Virus record (IMG/VR): IMGVR_UViG_3300025603_000008
DNA length: 64,000 nt
From: an uncultured virus (IMG/VR IMGVR_UViG_3300025603_000008)
Taxonomy: Duplodnaviria; Heunggongvirae; Uroviricota; Caudoviricetes
Direction: 5' to 3' (one strand)
Shown: piece by piece, positions 56,877 to 64,000 of the stretch
Numbering within the stretch: the first letter of the stretch is position 1
Layout of the letters: the number at the start of each line of letters is the position of its first letter
Program-made: the position numbers and the translations under genes
Notes under the pieces: generated by a model
Databases searched by the model: none
The model's input: the letters and a program-made list of their open reading frames with translations, nothing else
Told to the model about the DNA's origin: nothing

Positions 56877-57923
56877 ATGAACTCAAGAGAGCAACTCTTA
56901 TTCGAAACAATTATTGGTAGTCAAGCCTACGGCACAGCTGTTGAGGGCTCCGATGTTGATATGAAGGGAGTTTATGCTCAGCACCCAGAAGACTTAATGA
57001 GTTTTGGGTATCGAGAGCAAAAGCGAGTGAGCAAAGACGAAGAGTACTTTGAGCTTAAAAGATTCGTACAACTAGCCCAATCGGCAAATCCTACAGTGAT
57101 TGAATTGCTGTGGATGCCTGAGGACTGTGTGAAACACGTACACCCTGCATTCCAACATCTTATTGATAATCGAGATGCTTTTCTAACAAAAGCATGTCGT
57201 CATAGCTTTGCTGGATATGCAATCCAACAAATCAAAAAAGCGCGTGGCTTAGAGAAAAAGATGAACTGGGAACGAGATAGAGTCTCAAAGAAGTCTTTGA
57301 TTGACTTCTGCTATGCATATGATGGCGGTAAATCAATTCCACTGTTGGAATACCTAAGTTCTATGGGAATGGACCCAGACAAGTGCGGCCTGGTTAATCT
57401 TCCTCACTTCAGAGACGGATACAATATGTACTATTCCGAGAACCCAGATTTGGTTTATCGAGGAATAGAAGGGAAGAACTATGCTTTGAAATTAAGCAGT
57501 GTGCCCAAGGGAGAAATCCCAGCTACAATGGTTCACTACAACAAGGATGGGTTCATGCAACACTCAACTGATTACAAATCGTATGAAGTTTGGTTGAAAG
57601 AACGCAACACCCAAAGATACGTTGACCTTAAAAATCATGGTCAAAAGATTGATGGGAAAAACATGCTTCACTGCATGAGGCTTATTGATGAAGCTGTAGA
57701 GATTGCAGAACAAAAGACAATCAATATCAAACGGCCAAACGCTGAATACCTTATTTCTATCCGAAAAGGGGAAGTGGATTTGGAAGAAATTCTAACCCAA
57801 GCCGAAGCGGGAATCGACAAGATGCGACAAGCCTTTGCTGACTGCGACTTGCCAGATAGTATTGATGCGGAACACGTAAACCAACTTTTGATGGAATCCA
57901 GACGTCTTATCGACTGGGAATAA
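56877..57923 (+). CDS. Pol-beta superfamily nucleotidyltransferase (RlaP-like)
   Basis: IIGSQAYG..SDVDMKGVY, ANP..IELL, FAGYA.QQ, DGKNMLHC.RL, L.SIRKG. Confidence 0.8.
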   Translation: MNSREQLLFETIIGSQAYGTAVEGSDVDMKGVYAQHPEDLMSFGYREQKRVSKDEEYFELKRFVQLAQSANPTVIELLWMPEDCVKHVHPAFQHLIDNRDAFLTKACRHSFAGYAIQQIKKARGLEKKMNWERDRVSKKSLIDFCYAYDGGKSIPLLEYLSSMGMDPDKCGLVNLPHFRDGYNMYYSENPDLVYRGIEGKNYALKLSSVPKGEIPATMVHYNKDGFMQHSTDYKSYEVWLKERNTQRYVDLKNHGQKIDGKNMLHCMRLIDEAVEIAEQKTINIKRPNAEYLISIRKGEVDLEEILTQAEAGIDKMRQAFADCDLPDSIDAEHVNQLLMESRRLIDWE

Positions 57924-58002
57924 TTAAAAGTTATTTACAAAAACACGGTTAGGTGCGCGAGAGAATAGCGGCAGGACGGCAAATTCTTGGTTTTAATTTT
58001 AG

Positions 58003-58158
58003 TCCCTACTTAAAATTAAAAAACATGATATCTCCTATATGATAAAGAGCTATAAATGGAAAAAAGTAATGGAAGAAATAAAGAAATGTGAACCAGTTTG
58101 TGCAAATTGTCATACAAGAAAAACAGCTCAACAGTACAACTGGTGGAGACTGGATTAA
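58003..58158 (+). pseudogene. C-terminal remnant of an HNH endonuclease
   Basis: KKHDISYMI..KKVMEEIKKCEPVCANCHTRKT; N-terminal part missing. Confidence 0.6.
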
Positions 58159-58179
58159 TAACCTTTTTATTTTAACACG

Positions 58180-58611
58180 ATGACAGCATTTGATTTTTTA
58201 AAAGCATTCCTAAAGGGAATAGACCTCAAGACAATCTTGATTCTACTCCTGGTGGTTATGGTTGGAGCGTTTTTGCTTTTCAACACAAGCAAACCAGGTT
58301 CGAATGCTTTGGAGCTGAGTCTTCTAAAGAAACAGCACAAAACAGAAATGAGAGAAGTGGAAGATGCCAACAAAGAGCTTGAGTCAAAAATTGCAAACTA
58401 TATGGGTATCATCGAAAACAATAATGCTGAAATCATTGCAAATATAGAGGAGATTGGTAAACTTAAAAAACAGACATACGAGCGTCGTAAAAAAGTAGAA
58501 GAACTCAAAGAGGAAATGAGAGCCATAGACGAACAATTCGAAGACATGGGAGAAGATGAGCTCCTGGATTGGGTGAGAAATTTTCTTAAGTCAAGAGGAA
58601 TAAAAGAATGA
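58180..58611 (+). CDS. N-terminal TM plus coiled-coil protein
   Basis: ILILLLVVMVGAFLLF then long heptad region. Confidence 0.7.
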   Translation: MTAFDFLKAFLKGIDLKTILILLLVVMVGAFLLFNTSKPGSNALELSLLKKQHKTEMREVEDANKELESKIANYMGIIENNNAEIIANIEEIGKLKKQTYERRKKVEELKEEMRAIDEQFEDMGEDELLDWVRNFLKSRGIKE

Positions 58612-59105
58612 AACAGATAATTATGATAGTTGTTGTGCTACTAAGCTTCACGGCTAAGTCACAATACACCTTAGACACACTTGTGAATGGTAAAATACCA
58701 GTAACAATTCACATTGACCCTTCTGAGTCGTTTCCCTATAAAGTCGTCCTGTTTAACAAGACAGCATATGTGCTAACGTATAATCAATTAATAGGGATAT
58801 CAAGCTCCGCTGCTATAGACTCAACAGCGCTAATCACTATTAGAGAGCTTGAAGAAACTGATTCTTTAAACGTCAGAACAGTAAGCGAGTTAGAAGCTAC
58901 CAACCTCAGGTTGATTCAAAATTATGAAGCTGCAATGCTAAGCTATGAAGCAGAGCTGGAACGGGCCAACAATAATCAAGGATTAATGGACACCAAAGAC
59001 TCTATGATAACTTTGCAAAAAAAAGAAATTAGAAGGCAAAAATTTATGAAGTGGTCCGCCATAATTGGAGGAGGAGTACTTTTAATCCTGTTATTATTAA
59101 GATAA
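58608..59105 (+). CDS. Signal peptide, coiled coil and C-terminal TM protein
   Basis: MKQIIMIVVVLLSFTAKS; WSAIIGGGVLLILLLLR. Confidence 0.7.
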   Translation: MKQIIMIVVVLLSFTAKSQYTLDTLVNGKIPVTIHIDPSESFPYKVVLFNKTAYVLTYNQLIGISSSAAIDSTALITIRELEETDSLNVRTVSELEATNLRLIQNYEAAMLSYEAELERANNNQGLMDTKDSMITLQKKEIRRQKFMKWSAIIGGGVLLILLLLR

Positions 59106-59564
59106 ATGGAAAATCCAAAAGAAATAATTCAAGCACTGTTATTATCAAACAAGCAAATGGCAGCAACTCTTGATATATATACAGAATATCACCTCACAAA
59201 AGAGGAGAAAATAGAAACAGCATCAGCCATCCAAAAATCAAGCAACGATGAGCAATTGGAATCAATAGTAAGCAAGCTGAAGAAGGTCTATGATAGTGCC
59301 TACCAGTTCTCAGAAGAAGACTCAAAATGGAGCCCTGGATTCATTAGAGAGCTTCTTAAATATTATGAAAACCAAGCTGGATTCAATCCTATAGAGCGAC
59401 TTAGAATGCCTTTTTCTATAATCAAGGCATTTTTTGAGTATAAAGCGAAAGAAGAGACTTTGGATGAAGTCGATAAGGCTCAACTTGCAAGCGTTGAGTC
59501 TCGACTTCCACATGCAATGTCTGAAATAAAAACCGTATACGAAGAGCTTGAAAAATTAGCGTAA
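59106..59564 (+). CDS. Hypothetical protein
   Basis: 152 aa ORF. Confidence 0.65.
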   Translation: MENPKEIIQALLLSNKQMAATLDIYTEYHLTKEEKIETASAIQKSSNDEQLESIVSKLKKVYDSAYQFSEEDSKWSPGFIRELLKYYENQAGFNPIERLRMPFSIIKAFFEYKAKEETLDEVDKAQLASVESRLPHAMSEIKTVYEELEKLA

Positions 59565-59685
59565 AACCTTTTTTATGCTTCCTAAGCAGATTTTGCTCAC
59601 TTATCAACGGGATGTCTAAATCACTGAATAAGTCAGTGCTTCTTATGTCTCCAACGTTCACACTCAATGTATTGATATTACATTA

Positions 59686-60300
59686 TTATAGAGAGCTGTG
59701 AATCCATTCCTCAATGCTCATTCCAATTTTATTTTCGTCGTCTGGTGCGAAGTGCTGGCTTTTAGCTATTACAAACCCATAGTCTTCCAAGTTCATGTTT
59801 AACAGCCTTACATCTGCCTTATGAAAGCTATCATGGACGACAGTCCTGTGTATAGTTTTTACAAGACTCTTGCTTAGAGCGTACTCATAAACACTTCCTC
59901 CTCCAATGATAATGTTTTTCTTGTCGAAATAATCAGGGTTATCTGCTTCTGAGACAGCTTTTGTAATCGCTCTTTCTAAAGAACGCTCTGCATTAAATAA
60001 ATGCTTAACTTTTTGACTCTGCTCGCTTTTTAGCTGAGCAATATTTTCTAATGCTCTTGAATCATACTCCTGTTTTACTTTGCCAGGATTAGATGAGATA
60101 ACAAAATTAGACCTACCAGGAAGCGCTGCAAGCTCTTTTGGCAGACTTTCGTATGTCTTTCTGCCCATGAACACATTTGCCCCTCTTGTGGTCTTAACAA
60201 AGTGCTTCATATCTCTTGGAAGCTCCCAAAGTAAATCGTTTAAAAACCCAAGCTCGCCATTATAGCCGCAAGCCATTATCATTGAGCATGTTCTTTTCAT
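59686..60300 (-). CDS. folA: Dihydrofolate reductase
   Basis: IMA..NGELG..N.L.W.LPRDMKHF..TT, MGRKTYESLP, LPGR.N.VIS, IIGGGSVY. Confidence 0.92.
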   Translation of the reverse strand: MKRTCSMIMACGYNGELGFLNDLLWELPRDMKHFVKTTRGANVFMGRKTYESLPKELAALPGRSNFVISSNPGKVKQEYDSRALENIAQLKSEQSQKVKHLFNAERSLERAITKAVSEADNPDYFDKKNIIIGGGSVYEYALSKSLVKTIHRTVVHDSFHKADVRLLNMNLEDYGFVIAKSQHFAPDDENKIGMSIEEWIHSSL

Positions 60301-60863
60301 ATTCCCAACGCAGTTTTAAGCTTTATGTAATGTTCAGCAGCCGTCCCGCTTGAATCAACTCGAACGAGCTTTTTCATGTCGTCAAAAAACTTCACTAAAG
60401 GCAAAGTCATTTTTTTATATAATTCAACTCGATTTTCAATAACAGGCTTCTTATCGTCTTTTCGGCCTTCTATCTTTGCTCGCTTTAAAATTCGCTCTAC
60501 CGCCTCCATTTTCTCTAATTCTAAGTACACAGCAGCAGTCAAAGGCATTTTAGATTTCAGTAGAAACGCGTGAAGATTCTTGGCCTGGTCTTTTGTTCTT
60601 GGGTACCCATCAAAAACATACCCTATACTTGTTGGGTTGTCATAAATAAACTTCTGGAACATTTGAATAACAACTTGGTCTGGAAGAAAATTTCCCTGGT
60701 CGATTAGTCTGTCAGCCAGTAGACCTATTTTGCTTTTCTTTTCCTGCTCAGCTCTAATTAGGTCTCCAGTAGATAAATGTATAAACCCAAACTCTTCAAC
60801 AAGCATCTTACCCATTGTTCCTTTTCCTGAGCCTGGCATCCCTAATAATATAATATTTTGCAT
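60297..60863 (-). CDS. adk: Adenylate kinase (short LID)
   Basis: GMPGSGKGT, HLSTGDLIR, G..LPD, FDGYPRT..QA, GRKDD. Confidence 0.93.
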   Translation of the reverse strand: MQNIILLGMPGSGKGTMGKMLVEEFGFIHLSTGDLIRAEQEKKSKIGLLADRLIDQGNFLPDQVVIQMFQKFIYDNPTSIGYVFDGYPRTKDQAKNLHAFLLKSKMPLTAAVYLELEKMEAVERILKRAKIEGRKDDKKPVIENRVELYKKMTLPLVKFFDDMKKLVRVDSSGTAAEHYIKLKTALGI

Positions 60864-61029
60864 TTTTTTATTTTTTAAAAGTAAATCTATCCTCTCCGTG
60901 TCTCTTGCTTGCACGTTTCGCAAATAGCTCCAAATATCTATATCTTCACTCCATCAACAAAGATAAGCAATTATAGTTTTGATTAAAACTTATAATAACT
61001 ATTTTTGCAGCGTACCAACTTATATATTA

Positions 61030-61323
61030 ATGGAATCAATACGTGACACAGCCTCTAGAATTACAACAGCGGTTAATGAGCAGACAAATCTTTACGATGC
61101 AATAGATGCGGTAATGGAGATGTTAAGTCCTGAAGTGAAGCCTGAAATTAGACACTACAAAGGCAACTCCTATGAGGTAATATCTGAAGGCAAAATGAAA
61201 AACCCAGAATGCGGCGCGTGGCAAAAGTGTGTTAACTATAAGTCTTTGAAGGATGGAGAATTATACACGAGAGACAAAAAAGACTTTGAAAAGAAATTTA
61301 CTTTAAGCGAAACAAAAAGCTAA
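61030..61323 (+). CDS. DUF1653-like protein
   Basis: RHYKGNSYEV..V.YKSL..GELYTR..F..KF. Confidence 0.65.
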   Translation: MESIRDTASRITTAVNEQTNLYDAIDAVMEMLSPEVKPEIRHYKGNSYEVISEGKMKNPECGAWQKCVNYKSLKDGELYTRDKKDFEKKFTLSETKS

Positions 61324-61337
61324 ATTCTACGTATATT
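61309..61337 (+). promoter_or_regulatory. Class A promoter
   Basis: GAAAC-N16-CGTATATT. Confidence 0.7.
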
Positions 61338-61354
61338 CTCAAAAAAGAGCCTAA

Positions 61355-61720
61355 ATGGATTCACAAGAGAAAAAAGCAAAAATAGAAATCATTTCTAAAA
61401 TGACTTCTGATATGCCCGAAGAGACTAGAATTGGAATTATTAAATCCATATTTGAAAACACATCCGATGATGCCAAAGTCGATATCACAGACTGGTGTAA
61501 CAATCAGATGGGTGGGGTGGCCGCACGAAGACTGGGTAGAGTTGCAGTTAAAGCTGGAGACAAAATCGGAGATATCTTGAAAGACAGCAAGAAATACACT
61601 GAAAAAGGAGCAAGAGGAATTTCTAGAGAATTTAGTGAGATTTTTAAAAAGTTTACTGACGAAGATGGTAAGTATACTGGCGAGAAAAATGCTTACAACA
61701 AAGATGATGAACCCAATTGA
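61355..61720 (+). CDS. Hypothetical protein
   Basis: 121 aa ORF after a class A promoter. Confidence 0.65.
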   Translation: MDSQEKKAKIEIISKMTSDMPEETRIGIIKSIFENTSDDAKVDITDWCNNQMGGVAARRLGRVAVKAGDKIGDILKDSKKYTEKGARGISREFSEIFKKFTDEDGKYTGEKNAYNKDDEPN

Positions 61721-61983
61721 TTAAGCCATTGCTTTTATGGTTGATTGTTGGAGTGGTTGTTAGTTTTGTTTTTTTTAAGTTCTTCGACAGAATGAGCAAG
61801 AACAAGCCTGAAAAGTACCTATCAGTCCAGGACATTATAAAAAAAAGTGCTAGAGTGCACTCAGAAACCCCAGACGGAGAAATTCTTCTAAAAATAGTTA
61901 TATCATCCACAATAGCCGTGGGCGGTGTAGTCGTTTGGCCCTTAGTTTTCATACCGCTTTGGCATCTAATTCGCCTCCGATGA
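61717..61983 (+). CDS. Small two-TM membrane protein
   Basis: 88 aa with two hydrophobic helices. Confidence 0.6.
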   Translation: MIKPLLLWLIVGVVVSFVFFKFFDRMSKNKPEKYLSVQDIIKKSARVHSETPDGEILLKIVISSTIAVGGVVVWPLVFIPLWHLIRLR

Positions 61984-62276
61984 TATTTAAAAAAAACGCA
62001 TTCCCGATTATCAATGTTATGCCAAACCAATATAGCACCACCGAAAACGAGTGGGACTCTGTTGGAGACCAAATAAGGGCTAAAATCCCAATGAATGACC
62101 ACGGTAAATTTCACGGAACCGTGCAAACTTTTTCAAATGGCAGACTCTTAGAGGAACGCCAGTACAAAGACGGAAAAAGTTATGGGGCAGCAGTCTTCTA
62201 CGACATCTGCGGAAAACCTATGAATTTACGCATCCTGACAGATGTGGGCAATTTCGCCAACTTTAAATTCTCATAA
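61980..62276 (+). CDS. MORN-like repeat protein
   Basis: GKFHGTVQTFSNGRLLEERQYKDGK. Confidence 0.55.
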   Translation: MIFKKNAFPIINVMPNQYSTTENEWDSVGDQIRAKIPMNDHGKFHGTVQTFSNGRLLEERQYKDGKSYGAAVFYDICGKPMNLRILTDVGNFANFKFS

Positions 62277-62295
62277 AAGCATACACTCAAGCGAA

Positions 62296-62324
62296 GAAAC
62301 TTTTTTCGTTTATCACCGTATATT
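62296..62324 (+). promoter_or_regulatory. Class A promoter
   Basis: GAAAC-N16-CGTATATT. Confidence 0.75.
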
Positions 62325-62340
62325 GTTATAAAAACCTAGA

Positions 62341-62802
62341 ATGAATTATTACATCCCATTTGTCCTGCTTATTATGATTCTATTATCTTCCTTGATTTAT
62401 TCTTTTTTTGAAGATAAATCTAAGAAGAAATCAATTATTTGTGCGGTTGTATCTTTGGGCTCAATATTATTACTGGGCCTGATGAGCATATTTGTGCACC
62501 CAATGCTAGAGTCCAGCGCCAGATATAAACTAAGCGGAGAACTTAAAATTACATGGAATCAAGCAGATTCGGAATACTACATCAACCATTTAGGTCAACC
62601 CATCAGGCTTAGAGACGCCTGCCCTGAGCAGGTTGGAGACTACATCTCAAAAGACAGAATCAAAGACATTCCATATGTCAGTGTCTATGAAAAAACTTAC
62701 ATAAGTCAGTGGGGATTAATTTTATCTAATGAGCCCAAAACTCACTTTGTTCATGGAGCAGATGCAAGAATCAACCAATCAATAAAAGTAGAAATAAAAT
62801 GA
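62341..62802 (+). CDS. Two-TM membrane protein
   Basis: 153 aa; N-terminal hydrophobic helices. Confidence 0.65.
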   Translation: MNYYIPFVLLIMILLSSLIYSFFEDKSKKKSIICAVVSLGSILLLGLMSIFVHPMLESSARYKLSGELKITWNQADSEYYINHLGQPIRLRDACPEQVGDYISKDRIKDIPYVSVYEKTYISQWGLILSNEPKTHFVHGADARINQSIKVEIK

Positions 62803-63350
62803 TACTCGAAAAAATAACAGAAGAAATTCTATACGGCCCTGCTGTTTTGATTATATCCACTATTCTAATAATAGTGGGAGCTATTATTTATTTTTCAGAT
62901 AATCCTTTTCCTTCCTCGTTTAAATCAATGTGGAAGTTTATACCAGTTGTTTCCTTTTTAATAGGAATAGTCGGCGTAGCTGAGTGCATACACTCAGCTT
63001 CAAAAAAGGTTGAAATAAAAAAACGCCCAATCATGCGGATAGAAACTTTTCCTGTGGAGTTTCGCTCTGAAAACAACAAATTGTACGTATTTAAAAACGA
63101 AGCATACACTAAGGTTTCCCAACTAACCTCCGAGTTTGTAGCAAAAGACGACACATTGTTTATCTACCACTATGAAACAATAGGAGCAAAAATGTCTTGG
63201 GGCACAGACAGCTACATAGTCTTAAAAAAGCGACAAAACATTTTCTTGATTGACTCTCTTCAAGCCGTTAACGACAAAATAATGCTGGATATAAACCCTG
63301 CAGGAGGATTTATTGCAAGAAAAGACTCCACAGATAACGAAAATCATTGA
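62799..63350 (+). CDS. Two-TM membrane protein
   Basis: 183 aa; N-terminal hydrophobic helices. Confidence 0.65.
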   Translation: MILEKITEEILYGPAVLIISTILIIVGAIIYFSDNPFPSSFKSMWKFIPVVSFLIGIVGVAECIHSASKKVEIKKRPIMRIETFPVEFRSENNKLYVFKNEAYTKVSQLTSEFVAKDDTLFIYHYETIGAKMSWGTDSYIVLKKRQNIFLIDSLQAVNDKIMLDINPAGGFIARKDSTDNENH

Positions 63351-63351
63351 C

Positions 63352-63828
63352 ATGACAAACACTTCACAACCCAAAAAGTCAACAGGTAAAGCAATTTGGG
63401 GAGGAATAAAAGATTTCTTCAGATTTCTGTTCTCAATAAAAACTCTTAAAGCAGTGGGTAATGGTATCTCCTGGTTTCTTCGAGGAGTATTCAGAGTTCT
63501 CGGTATAACCTATAAAGTAGGGATGTGGGTGTTCGGAATCATGACAGCGTTGTTCGGTTACGGAGTCTACAGCAGCGTCATGGCAGTCATAGGCATGGAA
63601 GGGTTGATTGTGTTCCCTCTTGCTTGGGGAGTTATCAAACTAGCTTTCTTCATAGCTGTGGCATACGGATGGTTTAGTTTCTGGATGGTCTCTCGACCTT
63701 ACCAAAAAGTTAAAGACATCAAAGAAAAGTCAGACATAGCTTTCACTGTTGGAAAAGCAGCTACTGAGATGGGAGTGAATGCGTACTCTAAATTTAAAGA
63801 AAAGAATAAAGTAAAAACGCCAAAATAG
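63352..63828 (+). CDS. Membrane protein
   Basis: Central hydrophobic helices. Confidence 0.65.
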   Translation: MTNTSQPKKSTGKAIWGGIKDFFRFLFSIKTLKAVGNGISWFLRGVFRVLGITYKVGMWVFGIMTALFGYGVYSSVMAVIGMEGLIVFPLAWGVIKLAFFIAVAYGWFSFWMVSRPYQKVKDIKEKSDIAFTVGKAATEMGVNAYSKFKEKNKVKTPK

Positions 63829-64000
63829 ATGAACAAAAAAGAGACAGCAGATGAGGGTCGAGACCACACCTGGAAGACCGCAGATGGGGCGCTTATTAAG
63901 CTTATAAATATGGATGCGTCTCATGTTCACAACTGTATTGGAATGATTAGAAGACGCGTGCGAAGAGAGATTGAGTCAGTCTTTAAGAACGGAAACGCTT
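63829..64000 (+). CDS. Hypothetical protein, truncated by window end
   Basis: MNKKETADEGRDHTWKTADG..NMD.SH..NCI.MI.R. Confidence 0.55.
   Translation, partial: MNKKETADEGRDHTWKTADGALIKLINMDASHVHNCIGMIRRRVRREIESVFKNGNA

Noticed and set aside
2294..63930. Many short antisense or nested ORFs in the six-frame track
   Set aside because: They overlap longer, motif-bearing genes and have no independent support
1..64000. Integrase or recombinase for the cassette array
   Set aside because: No ORF showed tyrosine (R-H-R-Y) or serine recombinase motifs that I could recognise
1..64000. Stop-codon reassignment (alternative genetic code)
   Set aside because: Known enzymes are full length in the standard code and genes end in TAA, TAG and TGA

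Overview
A 64 kb segment of a large (jumbo-type) tailed dsDNA phage genome, standard genetic code, most likely infecting Bacteroidota (TTTG-N18/19-TAnnTTTG host-type promoters). It encodes an endolysin, IF3, ThyA, DHFR, Adk, a dNMP kinase-HAD fusion, two MazG-like proteins, a CCA-adding enzyme, HD-Pnk, two other nucleotidyltransferases, tail/fibre-like proteins and many hypothetical proteins. Most notable: (1) an AT-rich ~3.8 kb array (32.26-36.02 kb) of single-gene cassettes separated by attC-like hairpins, where each cassette start is complementary to its own end (integron-like shuffling; no integrase in the window; some cassettes carry phage late/virion-type genes); (2) a phage Preiss-Handler NAD+ module (pncB-thioesterase-nadD-nadE) unlike NARP1/NARP2; (3) two phage promoter classes (GWAAC-N16-CGTAYATT, 11 copies; CTATTTAT-type, ~17 copies); (4) a family of likely head-packaged proteins and polyvalent effector polyproteins with IRxxIRExLxE-like motifs; (5) a D-arm-less CAT tRNA-like gene; (6) a probable -1 frameshift on an A9 run; (7) a TnpB-less IS200/IS605-like mini-element; (8) several decayed homing endonucleases. 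All protein calls are by eye from motifs; no database searches were run.
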